Source: Eledone cirrhosa (taxonomy: Eukaryota). From it: a DNA stretch of 64,000 bases. A model generated the notes under the pieces. The model did not search any database. It worked only from the letters and a program-made list of their open reading frames with translations, and was not told where the DNA came from. Numbering within the stretch: position 1 is the first letter of the stretch; every line of letters starts with the position of its first letter. The stretch covers positions 169,508,001-169,572,000 of the forward strand of contig OZ024743.1 of the NCBI GenBank assembly GCA_964016885.1. The letters run 5' to 3'. This document shows, one piece after another, positions 25,974 to 39,614 of this stretch. The position numbers and the translations under genes are program-made.

Positions 25974-27640
25974 TCGATCTTTCGAAGCAGAGTTTCCAAA
26001 TGTCCAGTTAATCCAGTTAATCCCGCGGCCTTCTCTCACCAGCTTTTATCCTGTTCTTGTCGGTCGATGAGTGGTCAAGAATTGTACACGTCATCGGTAT
26101 TTTTGACCACTCATTGCCGTTCATTTTTCTGTTTCGATTCATATGTCACCTGTCAATCAAAGCGGAATTACTGCTGCAGGATGTAAGGGGTTGTATGGTT
26201 GAAACGCTCACGCACTGCCGCAACCGTTTCGGCCTGTAGACGCCCACACACGTATCCATGTTGCGCGCAGGCGTGATACATATGGTCACGTATACGCACA
26301 CAACAATTACATACACACCCGCAACTGTATTATATACGAAAATCACAGTAAATATTAAATGTGCAGCAAATACTTAGAAAGAATTTTTTTTAAATGGAAA
26401 AACATTTTTGAAAATTGTTAAAAAAAAACACACCCTCAAAATACCTTAAAATACACATTTAAAAAAAAAACTTTAAAAAAACATTTAAAAAAACTCTTGA
26501 AAGAGCCCCTCAAAAAATTATTTAAAAAGTATTTCTGATAAATATACATACATATATATATATATATACAGACACTGTACTCAGGAAAGCATATATACTT
26601 AAGACACATACTTGAAACAATACATATGGATGACATATATACAGATGCAAAAACGGAAAATCTACACATACATATGCATACACTTACACAGATATGTACA
26701 TACATATACATACACACACACATGCATACACATGCATAGATATATATATATGCATACACATACATTCATGTACCCACGCATACGCATACACATGGGCATG
26801 CCTATACATATCCACACACACACACGCAACTGTGCACAGGACATATAAAATATATGAAAAAACATTCGTGAGGCGTGGAACCCAGTACATTCATGAAGCC
26901 ATATATACCCGAATGTGCATGCATAATATGCATAAATGCAAGAATTACGTAGCAGCCACGTACTAATGACAGATAACATGGGGGATACATATATGAATGC
27001 GTGTACGTACATAAGATAAAATAAAATACTTGAAAAAGAATGTATACGTGAGAAAGATGCAAAGAAGCTATCTGTTCAAGCCACCGGGATATTATTAGGA
27101 TGTGAATAAAGTTGCATAAAATACTTAAGGACTGTGATGCATAGGGTTATACAAGATACAGAAGGACTGATGATCCAAGGGACTGGGTAAGAACCTGCAC
27201 ATCAACCATGCACATAAGATAGATTTCATGACAGGTGGACACAGGAGACCGTCTAGGTATACACAAACAAGTTATATATATCGGGAATGTGTAGAATATC
27301 CTTTTCGTAACAGTATATATATGTACATGGAATGGATGCATAAATGGAATAAATGGAATATATCGGGAATGTATAGAATATGTGTCTCATAACAGTACAT
27401 ATGAAATGTACATGGAATGGATGCATAAATGGAATATACCAACGGCTTGTATTGTAGGCATGCATATTGCAACGGCAGACAAAGTTAGAATTACTCTCAA
27501 CATTAACCTTAAGTCCAACATCAAGTTCAACATTAAAGTTGCAAATTAAAAACATAACGACATACCCCTAAGGTAGTGACTACCACTACTGGAATTGAAG
27601 TTTCAAGACCTTAGGGGTATGTCGTATAACCAATCTCATG

Positions 27641-27703
27641 TATTTTATCGTATGAAAACGTACTGAAACACTATTGTACCTTTGAAATATGTATAATAAA
27701 ATA
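27641..27703 (+). ncRNA. Decayed hammerhead related to 4535-4597 and 38042-38106
   Basis: tattttat CGTATGA aaacgtac...gtaccttt GAAA tatgt ATA ataaaata; core scrambled. Confidence 0.55.
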
Positions 27704-27772
27704 TATACTTTGGTTATGATATTTCTCATTTATTAATATTTTGAATAATATATATGTATATATATATATATA

Positions 27773-27964
27773 TAGGAACGAGTAAGACCCCGACGGCTGA
27801 GTTCAAGCCGTTTCGTCGGCTAATTCTAGTCCAGAATTAGCCGTCGAAACGGCTTGAGCTCAGCCGTTGGGGTCCTACTCGTTCCTATTACCCACTCTAC
27901 TACCCTAAGTATTGAGTACTTTGGTGCGTTATGGTCCACCTGGTTCCTTACCACATTTCCTTCG

Positions 27965-27967
<3 letters not shown>
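27773..27967 (+). mobile_element. Palindromic HHR-derived mini-element, about 195 bp
   Basis: About 115-bp hairpin plus about 80-bp tail, in (TA)n; homologues at 36062, 40455 and 2340. Confidence 0.85.
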
Positions 27968-28006
<39 letters not shown>

Positions 28007-28706
28007 TACCTATAAATTATATACCTATAAATTAATTTAATTTCCTGTTATGAATCTAGATTCCTTGTAGTTTATATAAGATTGGTATTTCTCACTACTC
28101 CCCTTATCCCAAAATTTTACTTTCCTTCGTTTTTAACAACACTCTTTAATAACATCTAATTCTTATTTATCACATTCATATGAATTAATATAAATTTATC
28201 CCTATAAGTATTGGTAGATTTATCTACATACTTTGGTCCTAATTTTATACAGGTATTCATATTTTAATATATATTTTTTATATATATATACATAATTTTA
28301 TGACTCCCTATATATATAGTTGAGCTCTGTTTCTTGTCCATTATCAATTAATTTAATTTCTTGTTATAGATCTAGATTCCTTGTGGTTTAAATAAGATTG
28401 GTATTTCTCACTAATACCTTAAAATTTTATTTTCCTTCGTTTTTAACATTATTCTTTAATAACATCAAATTTTCGTGTACCCTTCACTGGCTTGACCTCT
28501 TTTCATCCCCAAAGTATTCTTTTCATTCAAAGTATTCTTTTCATTCAAAACATAAGTCTGCATTCCTCTACCCCTAAATTAAATTTCTACTACCACTATT
28601 ATATCAAATTGACCTCTAACTACTTTTCTATTGGTCAATTCAAAACCTGTTCCCAAACAGACTTTTTATATTAAATCTTTGTTGGGTTTTTTCAATAAAG
28701 AAGTCT

Positions 28707-28840
28707 CATCATTTCTGAAGACAGCATGTATATATGAAGGTATGTATATTTCCTCTGATAATTTGTAATATTTTTACATAGATCTATATGATATACATAC
28801 CAACACACATATACATCCTAGAAACGATCGTAAAATGATG
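28707..28840 (+). ncRNA. Hammerhead in 5' pLTR with stem II insertion of about 100 nt
   Basis: catcattt CTGAAGA cagcatgtatat...atatacatccta GAAAC gatc GTA aaatgatg. Confidence 0.75.
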
Positions 28841-29154
28841 AATTTTTTAATATAAAGAACTTGTTCTTTGTTTTTATTTCATTGTTTTTATTAATTTATC
28901 TTGACTCTGTTTTCCTATGATTTTCATCGAAAATTTTTGAATGCATCTTCTCTTTTCATGATATTTGGATTACATTGAGTTCTTCATACGGATTGGACAC
29001 TATTGTATATTTTGGTAGATTTATCTACATACTTAGGTCCTAATTTTATACAGGAATTCATATTTTAATATATATTTTTATATATATATACATAATGTTA
29101 TGACTCCCTATATATATAGTTGAGCTCTGTTTCTTGTCCATTATCCATATTACA

Positions 29155-31609
29155 ATGGAAAAACAATACTTGGGAACTTCTTTAAAGAATATACCGATAC
29201 CTTCTAAGGATGAATTCTTACTTCTTATGATACAAAAAACCAAGCAATTCACTAAAAGGGTCAGATGGAGGGCCTACCACTTTGATAGAAAAACAAAACG
29301 TAATGATAAGAAATATTTATATGATTTCACCACATATAAGAAGCCACCACACAACTCCTTGCTTGAAAACTTCGAGAAAGATCTATTTAACTTAACCAAA
29401 CACCTCAGATTTAAGAAATATAAATCTAATTTTCAAAAGGATCTTGACTCTACCCTATTGGATCTAAAAAAATCTAGCAAAGTCCACGTCCACTCAGACA
29501 AAACTGGAAATCTATACCACATGGATATTGATAATTACAATGAGTTCATTTATAAAGAACTCAGGAAAAATTATAAAAAAATAAATAATGCGGCTCTTAC
29601 CAATATCAACAACAAAACATACAACATAGTAAATAATCTCAATATTGAAGACAGAACTGAACCTTTGGCGCTGAAAAAACCACACTGAAAGATCACAAAT
29701 CTAACTTTGACTCTAATCCTTCTATAAGACTTATATGCCCTTCCAAGTCTGACATTGGCATCATTAGTAAATTTTTTTAGATAGAATCATCCCACAATTA
29801 AGAAAAACACGTTAATTTACCACTCTGGGAAAACACATCCCAGGTAATTAACTGGTTTACTAATATTAGAAATAAATCATCTGCTTCATTTCTACAATTT
29901 GATATAGATGCTTATTATTCTTCTATATCACCCATACTCCTGAACAAAGCCTTGATATTTGCCAAAAATAGATCAAACTTAACTATGGATGACATTAATA
30001 TTATCACGCACGCGAGACAAACACTACTGAAATTTCAGAATGAATACTGGACCAGAAATACATATAGTAATCTCTTCGACATTACTATGGGCTCTAGTGA
30101 TTCCGCCCAAATTACCGATCTTGTGGGCCTCTTTCTTCTATTTAACATTAATTCATCTTTTCCCCACCTTAAAGGTGGTTTATATCGTGATGACTGTGTT
30201 CTTTTTCCACTAATCTTAGCCTATCAGAAATTGAAAAAAATAAAAAACTTAGAACTTTCCTCAAAGACTATTACAATCTCACTATTACATTTGAAAACAC
30301 CAGTAAAATAGACAATTTCCTAGATATAATTTTAGACCTATCTACCATAAACCTAACCAAAACTTACATTACATACACTCACAATCCAATCTATCCTTAA
30401 AAACCTAGCATATAATATCTCACTCAGAATCTCCAACCTTTCATCTAACCAGAATGTATTCGATAAAAACGCGCCCTTTTATAACGAAGCTTTAGCTAGA
30501 AGCGGCCACAAAAATAAATTAGTCTATATACCTTGCACCAATAATTCTTCAAACATACAACCCAATATTACCAACAAACACCAAATGAAAAACCCACACC
30601 TAAATGCCACTCATACTACACCCCAAAATACCAACCTAAAACTTAATTTCTCTACCTCTTCTCACATAAAATATAATGACTTTCAAAAAAACATTCATCC
30701 TAGTACTCCAATATATGTTAACAACATTACTAACAAAATTCCTAGTAATCAGACTAAAACACCTAAATCAGTTAATCTAACTAAACCTATATATAATAAA
30801 TTCACTAATAGTAACTATCTTAGTAAACATCCTGATACATCGTATAAATATAAAAAAACAATATCGAAACCGTAATAGACGGGTTACTTGGTATAATTCT
30901 CTATTTAATCTACAAATTAAAGATAATATCCCTATAAAAATGTTTACTATCCTAGAGAAAAACTTCCCGCCAAACCATAAATACCATCAAATTTTAAATA
31001 GATCAACTGTCAAATTTTCCTACTCCACTACCAAAAATATACAACAAAATATAAGTGCGTACAACGCATATAAATGTAAAAAACCCCAACCATAATACTA
31101 AAATAAACCACAACAAACCACCATCTTCTTCACCTATAACAAGTCGAGTAAATTCCACACCAAATTTGACTAACTCCCCTGATATAATATTCACGAATGG
31201 TTGTAACTGTAGAATCAAAAGAAATTGCTCATTAAAGGGAAATTGTCTTATTAATAACATAGTCTATAAATGTAAAATTAGCACTAAGGACTTCACTTAT
31301 TCATATATAGGAGCTACGTCTAACCAATTTAAAATAAGATTTAATACCCACAAACATAGATTTTAAAATGCCGCATTAGCTGAAACAATTAATAATTATA
31401 GAAAGAAGAATATCGATTACAACCTGACCTGGAGTGTGCTCGAAAGGGCCACCCCTTATCAAAATAACAGATACGAGTGTAGGTTATGCCCCTAGGAACT
31501 TTTTGAAATCATGAAATCTAAGGATATCCTATTAAATAAGCGACAGGAATTAATTATATCTTGCAATCATAGAATTAGAAGAACCTTCAAATATTATAAA
31601 CCAAATTAA
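29155..31609 (+). pseudogene. PLE RT-GIY-YIG polyprotein, multiple frameshifts
   Basis: MEKQYLGTSLKNIP, SDKTGN, MGSSDS, LYRDD, CNCRIKRNCSLKGNC, IVYKC...YIGAT. Confidence 0.9.
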
Positions 31610-32334
31610 TATACACCTTACACTTATATTTTACATATTATTATAATTAGTTTTTTTAATTAGTTCTTTTTTATTTTAGTTAACCTATAATTAGTACTTT
31701 ACTACAGAGAACTTCATAATTTTATTTCCCTCTTACAGCTCCCTTTTCCTAAAATTAATACCTAAAGGTATACCTATGAATTAATTTAATTTCCTGTTAT
31801 GAATCTAGATTCCTTGTAGTTTATATAAGATTGGTATTTCTCACTACTACCCTTATCCCAAAATTTTACTTTCCTTCGTTTTTAACAACACTCTTTAATA
31901 ACATCTAGTTCTTATTTATCACATTCATATGAATTAATATAAATTTATCCCTATAAGTATACCTATCAATTAATTTAATTTCTTGTTATAGATCTAGATT
32001 CCTTGTGGTTTAAATAAGATTGGTATTTCTCACTAATACCCTTACCCTAAAATTTTATTTTCCTTCGTTTTTAACATTATTCTTTAATAACATCAAATTT
32101 TCGTGTACCCTTCACTGGCTTGACCTCTTTTCATCCCCAAAGTATTCTTTTCATTCAAAGTATTCTTTTCATTCAAAACATAAGTCTGCACTCTTCTACC
32201 CCTAAATTAAATTTCTACTACCACTATTCTATCAAATTGACCTCTAACTACTTTTCTATTGGTCAATTCAAAACCTGTTCCCAAACAGACCTTTTATATT
32301 AAATCCTTGTTGGTTTTTTTCAATAAACAAGTCT

Positions 32335-32468
32335 CATCATTTCTGAAGACAGCATGTATATATGAAGGTATGTATATTTCCTCTGATAATTTGTAATATT
32401 TTTACATAGATCTATATGATATACATACCAACACACATATACATCCTAGAAACGATCGTAAAATGATG
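32335..32468 (+). ncRNA. Same hammerhead in 3' pLTR
   Basis: Identical by eye to 28707-28840. Confidence 0.75.
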
Positions 32469-32522
32469 AATTTTTTTAATATAAAGAACTTGTTCTTTGT
32501 TTTTATTTCATTGTTTTTATTA

Positions 32523-32598
<76 letters not shown>

Positions 32599-33108
32599 TG
32601 TATATATATATATATGCAAGGTTTATGAAAATCATTGATATTAACTGAACGGTCTCCAGTCAACGCCTCAATAAATCAGCCACTCAATAAATCAGCGAGA
32701 TTGCAGTAATGACACTGCAGCCTGTAGTTCAAAGTGCACGCATTGTTTTAGTTAATAGCAAGTACAGTGGCTGTTTCGGTACAGATACATTAAATATATC
32801 TCTCCTAGGTGGAATCAGCACCGCTTCGATAATGAATCTAGTAGTTCATGCTCACCTGACACTTGACCTCTAATGAATCTAGAGGAAGACCGCTGTAAGA
32901 GACTCGTGATTGGTGGTTGAATTCAAACTGTGGAATTCGCGCCAAAATAGAATACAACTAGTGTATTGTATACATGTATATATACATATCAAGGTATATG
33001 CATATACACATATAAATACGCATATAAAGGCTGACTAGTAATACAAAGTCAAACATTCAATACTCTCTCTCTCCCTCTCTTTTTCTCTTTCTCTCTTTCT
33101 ATATATAT

Positions 33109-34850
33109 AGGAAAAGAATCAGGGTCCCGACGGCTGAGCTCTAGCCGTTTCGACAGCTAGATCCGAACTAACCCAGCAGTATTAGAACGGCAGGATCTAG
33201 CTGAACTTATCAAGCGGTACAGTTCATATATGGGCATGCAGTCAAAACAAAAAAGGCAGAAGTATCAAATCAGCCAATCCTAAATAGTTGTTGTTTTTCT
33301 TGTTGGTGACAGGGAGTGGTCAAGGATTTTGGGATGCCATGTACATGGTTAAATTCCTTCATAGCGACGGGGGGTAGGGGTGAACTGGCCTGTAGAACAA
33401 AGGGGAGCGAGTAAGATGACATTTCAACCTGTGGGTGCCAAGCCGGTCAGGTATTAAGAGAGAAAATCTTTACAACTATCTCTAATGAGGGTAAGAAAGT
33501 AAATTCTGCATATGAGAATTAAGGAAGGTTGTTAGAGTGAAAGTAAGTAGTTAGGGCAAAGCATATAGATATTAATATTAATTAAATTTCTAATAAATAA
33601 AATTTAGTTATCTGTTACTCTCATGCACTGGAACGGCACTTCAAAACAGTAATTTACTAGTATTTTCTTTTATAATGATACACCCAAAAAATCATGGCTA
33701 TGTGTTCGGCCGGTTCTATGCATATTTAACAAGAGTGAAAGATTGCCGAGTTAACCTAAGGATTAATAGAAACTGATTATAAGTGTAGATATGTGAAGAT
33801 CCACCGTAGTGTAATTAGAGTGTATAACTAATGAAGAAAAAAGAAAAAAGTCTATGTCGACGTAAGTATGCTTGGGATTTCCTCTGCCTTAGTTTGTAAA
33901 TAGGAAAGAGAGGTCTACCCACCTGGGTCGTGAGGGGGTTTGAAGGTAAGATATGTCCTATATATTCTGTGTTTACACGAAGTAACAAGTTCATCCTTTT
34001 TGTTTAAGAGTTGGTCCTTTGCAAACAGCATCTGGATCGTTTCCTCCGAGCATAAATTGCACGGACGGCGTCCTCCCGAGTAAGATTTTGTCTTGGAAAG
34101 TATGCTCCAACTTAGATGGTACGTGATATTGTTGTTTTGGATGTCCCAAATAAGGCCAGAAAGTGCTGTCGCGTGTCGCCGGGCCGGGTTTCTAAATGTA
34201 TGTTGGTGTTGGTAATACCGGGTCGGTTAATCCGATGTAGGCCTTCTTGGAGTTTTCCGTCCTCACGTTGCACTGGTAGACGACGTTTCGTTCTCGGCAT
34301 CTACTGTTGAGGAGGCACGATGATCTATCCGGACAATCACACCTCCTAGTTTGCACACCATTAATATCGTTGTTGTTTGTTCTGTTAGAGAGGAGTTTTT
34401 TGTTGTTAGATGAAGCAATGTTTTGTGCAAAGTTGGGTGTAGTGCTGTAGGAGAGTTTAACAGTGTTTCTGTTGATGATATTTTGGTAGCGGTGTTGGGG
34501 TGGGAAGTGTTTATCGAGAAGTCTGAAGAAGATCTTCCCAATTGGTGTTGCAACCTCGGCATTGTGGGGAGGGTTGAACCACGTTACGTGGCGTGAGTGG
34601 TGGCGTCACCTGCTGGATCCGCTAGAATGACCTACATAATATGACGTGTCCTCCCGGAAGCTGCTTTTTTGAGGGCGCGTGTTCGTTGAAGATTCGCTCA
34701 TTTGCGGACAAGCGAGATATGCGGAGGGAGATATTCGCAGTTATCTCCTTTACATCGTTCGACCATGGGATTACATCGCCTAGAAGTGACCTTTTCTGCG
34801 CGTGCGTATTCATAGGTTGTTTTTCCTTTTCACTATACTTAGGAACATAG
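33109..34850 (-). mobile_element. Decayed 5'-truncated Nematis-like PLE
   Basis: ANISLRISRLSANERIFNEHA and WFNPP-like remnants, EN remnants about 33940-34350; HHR at 3' end. Confidence 0.75.
33124..33220 (-). ncRNA. Hammerhead, U3-A8 variant, weak stem I
   Basis: RC: TTGATAA gttcagctagatcc...ggatctagctgtc GAAA cggct agagctc agccg TC gggac. Confidence 0.55.
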
Positions 34851-35942
34851 TTAAGACTATTAGGACCAAGTCCAACCTGTCCCAGTGGGAGAACAGCGAC
34901 TCCGTCATTAAGTGGTTTAACTCTTTCAACTCCAAAAAAGCGAAGTTTACATAATTCGACATAGTGGTTCTTTACCCGTCGATCTCAGTGACCCTGTTGA
35001 ACAAAGCGTTGGACTTTGCTACCACTTACACTACCGTTCATGATATAGACAGGGAGATCATCACACATTGCCGGAAAACCCTCCTCTTCAACAACGGACT
35101 AGCCTGGACAAAGAAGTCAACTACTTCAGAACTATTCGACGTCTCATTGGGATCATTCGACAGTGCTGATGTATGCGATTTGGTTGGCTTATTTATTTTA
35201 GATATATTACGTACTAGATTCCCGGACTTCCACACGGGATTATACCGCGACGATGGTCTGACTCTATCGAGCCATAAAAGTGGTCACGAACTGGACCGAT
35301 TTAAAAAAGATTTAATTTGTACTTTTAATGAGATAGGAATTAGGATAACCAACCTCTCTAGTGTAGATTTCTTAAACATAAATTTAGACCTTCGCACACG
35401 CACAACTTTAGACCCTTCCATAAGCTAAATGAAAAATTGAATTACATACACAAGGAGTCATGCCACCCTCCTACAATTCTTAGAAACTTCGTGAATAATA
35501 TCGGTACTAGAATCTCTAACCTCTTCTCTAATAAAGCTATCGTTAGCTAATAGCGGCTTCTCGCAACCAATTATTTACTCCCCTGCTAACACCAACGACA
35601 ATAAGAAAAATAATCGTGCTGATAGAAAAAATATCTGGTTCTCCCTCCCCCCCTTCTCACTCAACGTTAAAACTAATGTAGGAAACAAATTTTTAGCTCT
35701 CTTAGATAGACACTTTCACAAATACCACTCCATCTTTAACAGACACAGGGTGAAATTAGGATACTCCTGTGCTAAGAATATGAAGGCCCACATCACGAAC
35801 AGACCTAAGAGCAGCACCCTACCAGGATGTTCTTGCCGACAAAAATGCAATACACCCGCTGTGATTTACGAAGCTATGGTCACTTCCAACCGACCAAATC
35901 AAAACCAAGAGGTTAAATCCTATGTAGGTATGGCGGAGGGTA
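34851..35942 (+). pseudogene. Nematis-like PLE RT to GIY-YIG fragment
   Basis: FDI..YPS, LGSFDSADVCDLVG, LYRDDG, DFLNI, VIYEA...YVGMAEG. Confidence 0.85.
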
Positions 35943-35946
35943 TATA

Positions 35947-35979
<33 letters not shown>

Positions 35980-35980
35980 C

Positions 35981-36061
<81 letters not shown>

Positions 36062-36254
36062 GAACCAGTAAGACCCCGACGGCTGAGCTCAAGCCGTTTC
36101 GACGGCTAATTCTGAGTCCAGAATTAGCCGTCGAAACGGCTTGAGCTCAGCCGTTGGGGTCTTACTGGTTCCTATTACCCACTCTACTACCCCAAGTATT
36201 GAGTACTTTGGTGCGTTATGGTCCACCTGGTTCCTTACCACATTTCCTTCGTTA
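36062..36254 (+). mobile_element. Palindromic HHR-derived mini-element
   Basis: Homologous to 27773-27967. Confidence 0.85.
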
Positions 36255-36270
36255 TATATATATATATATA

Positions 36271-36369
36271 TCTGATGAGGGACTTATTTTATTACATGTT
36301 ATCCATGTGCTACCAGCAGTATTTTTCTCCCCATTTTATCACATATATTTACCTAAACTGCGATTCTGT

Positions 36370-36427
<58 letters not shown>

Positions 36428-36880
36428 TGCTCCCTCATTCTCTCTGTTTCTCCTACTTTCTTTCGCCCCCTCTGTCATGTAACTCTTCCTCACACTTCCA
36501 CTCACTCACTCACTGTTTCTCCTCTCCTCACTTCACCCGTTCGCAACGAAAGCAATTTCTCTCTTTCTTACATTGCATTCGTTCGCGAAAGGTCTTTTTT
36601 CTAAGCGCTCATATATTCACCTAGCTTATGCTAACAGAATAACTATAGAGCTTGTTTCCTTCCTCTACGGTTAGCTCTACTCTTTGTTGTTTTCCTGTCA
36701 CACTCGCTTTACGCGTTTTAATTGTCCTAATAACTTAATTTAGTTATTATTGCACCGACGTGAGGTATATGATTTTTAATGCAATGAAATATCTATGATC
36801 GTCGGCAAATCACTGATGAGGGACTTATTTTATTACATGTTATCCATGTGCTACCAGCAGTATTTTTCTCCCCATTTTAT

Positions 36881-36885
<5 letters not shown>
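36271..36885 (+). mobile_element. Non-coding partial-tandem element, period 541 bp, with decayed HHR at 36755-36805
   Basis: About 74-bp direct repeat at 36272 and 36813; ccgac GTGAGGT...GAAAT atctatg ATC gtcgg. Confidence 0.6.
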
Positions 36886-36963
<78 letters not shown>

Positions 36964-38041
36964 TTGTGTCTGTGTCTATATATGTATGTTTGCATGAATG
37001 AATATACTAAGCTTTAAATTTAGTAGAATGTACAACCACTGATTCCAGCTGCTTGCACTATCATATATTTGGGTTTCTATTAATTCCCCGGGGAATTGGT
37101 GGATAAAATGCTTTGCTTAATTATTTTATTTTATTTTTTTTAATTGTTATTGTTTCTGTTAGACTTTAATGTATTTTTTGAAAGCAAAGCATGGCGCTAA
37201 AATATTACAGTGGGCCCCCTGGGTCCCACTCGCCATTGGCAACCTGGCCAGTCCGCCACTGCATACATACATACACACGCATACACACATCTCTATAGAC
37301 ATACACACACACATATACAAACTGTTGAAATACCGACTCCCACCTATGTTTAAGTGGACAAAGGAAATATTTGTTATCAATTGGTCAGATATTTATACAT
37401 ATATAAACATACACACATACAAGCGCACATGCATATACAAAAACGTTCACACATACAAATACACATATTCATATATATTTAACTAGCTCTGATTAATGAT
37501 TATTTATCTAATTCTTTCGTTCATTGAGCCACATCATTGAAGGTGGGCTACACTATACTTATGTTTAATATATATGTGTTTCTTCTAACTTTGTTCTAAC
37601 TCCCTTACGGTTGAGTAAAATTAGACTGTAACTAACTGCTTCTTCTAGCAATGAACTTACTGGTCCCCTTCATAACACTTCTCTCTTGACCGCTAGCCAC
37701 ACGATAATTTTCACCCCTTTCGAAATTGTTACTGGCAGCGATCACTTTGTAAAAAAATCGGTCCAAATTGAGTGAGTCCCTTAATAAGCCTCAAGCCTCA
37801 TGGATAATGCAATGATATTACACATTTCCAAATAGCATAAGCTAAACTGCCGACAGTCTGGGCTTGAGGAATATTTATCTATTATCTCTTTAAACTTACA
37901 TTTTAAACATAGCTCCTTTCTAAGAAAAAAAATTAGGTAAACTTGATCTGCCTGTTCTTCAAACTTATAATTTTATATATACCTATATATATATATATAC
38001 GATATATCAACAAATGGAAACTATATTTATAAAACCATATT

Positions 38042-38106
38042 TATTTCATTATACATATTTCAAGGACACCAAGTTAAATTATGGTGTGCTTTCATCAGAT
38101 AAAATA
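38042..38106 (-). ncRNA. Minimal hammerhead, canonical core, in a pLTR/3' UTR remnant related to 4500-4670
   Basis: RC: tattttat CTGATGA aagcacacca...tggtgtcctt GAAA tatgt ATA atgaaata. Confidence 0.8.
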
Positions 38107-39161
38107 TAATATAGATCAGTTTTATAAATAAATATTGACATACCCTTAAATAATGCGACCATTTCTGTTGGAAGCTCCCGGATAGTGGGGTTATAAATTT
38201 ATTTATACTATTATGCAAATTAGTGTCGGATATTTTTAAATCACAGTAGATTTAAAATAAGCCGTTGGGGTATGGAGAAAGGGAAAGAAAAGAAAGAGAG
38301 AAAAAAGAGAAAAAAGAGAAAAAAGAGCAAACTCTAAGAGGAAAATAAGAAAACAAGAAAAAGAGAAAGAGAAAGTGAAGAAAAAAGAAAAAAGAAAAGA
38401 GAAAGAGAAAGAGAAAGAGAAAGCTCTAAGTGATAGGTTGTTGTATTAGCGTAACGTTTAAGATGTAGTGAAAAAATAAATATTTATTGGATGAGTAAAG
38501 AAGAGTAAATAAGCGTGAATGGAAAATAAATAATAACAGGAGAATTTTAACCAGTGTTTAAATATGATTAAATGTTTAGTTTATCAATTAAATTATCCAT
38601 TAAATTATTGAGATCGATACATTAAAAATTGAGATCTATATATTATTAAAAAAATCTATATATTATTAAAACTATATATTATTAAAAAATCTATATATTA
38701 TTAAAAGAATATATTCATATATATACATACGCACACATACGTATATATACATGTAAATATATATATAACCTCCACATACATTCATATACATACATACAAT
38801 AAAGGACTTTTTATGTTAAAGATATAGGAATTTTCCTAAACTTATAGATTTTTCGGAGAAACCGGAGAAAAAAACCGAAGAAAATCATTTCTATGTAATA
38901 GCAAAAAAGCGTGAAGGAAATTAAGTTATTTACTTATATCAAATGTTATAAATGTTAAGATAATAAAGAAATTTAAGATTATACAAACCTTATGTTATTA
39001 TACAAACCTTATATTATTTAATTAATTTTATAAATTTTATATCTAATAAATCCACCTGTTATGTAGTTGTGACTGTTATTATATAAGTTTGTTTATCACG
39101 AACCTTAAGAAAACCCTTATAACCGAGTGCATTCGAATTGTATGCATATATATATATACAC

Positions 39162-39245
<84 letters not shown>

Positions 39246-39283
39246 GTTAAGTCAAATAGGTAAAATTTGGCTTCGTTTATTAG

Positions 39284-39603
39284 AAATTATAGATATACTG
39301 CTATATATATTTCGGTGACAGCTATCATTGGCTGTGACGTCTTCAGGCGGCAGTCCGAATTGGTGTGCTAGAGACAGGTACACATGTTGTTTAAGTGCGT
39401 TTTACTCGGTCAATACTCCGATATGTCATATGATTCCAGATCCACAGAGAAGTAACAACGCAACCAGGAGCTGGACATATCGGAGTATTGACGGAGTAAA
39501 ATACACTTAAACAACATGTGTACCTGTCTCTACCACACCAATTCGGACTTCACAGCCAATGATGGCTGTCACCGAAATATATACAGCAGCATATCTATAA
39601 TTT
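39284..39603. repeat. Foldback with about 130-140 bp arms; left arm holds an HHR at 39297-39351 (-)
   Basis: RC: gccgc CTGAAGA cgtcacagc...gctgtcacc GAAA tatat ATA gcagt; right arm lacks the CTGAAGA segment. Confidence 0.8.
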
Positions 39604-39614
39604 ATAATTTATAT

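Larger units (their letters stand above)
28004..32527 (+). mobile_element. Full-length decayed Nematis-like PLE with direct pLTRs
   Basis: About 28022-28899 matches about 31770-32527; 28211-28343 duplicates 29011-29143; (TA)n flanks. Confidence 0.9.

Noticed and set aside
27013-27555. Possible highly decayed GIY-YIG remnant on the minus strand (YPGGLN, CRCN, IYLMC-like words)
   Set aside because: Motifs fall in different frames and are too short to support a call
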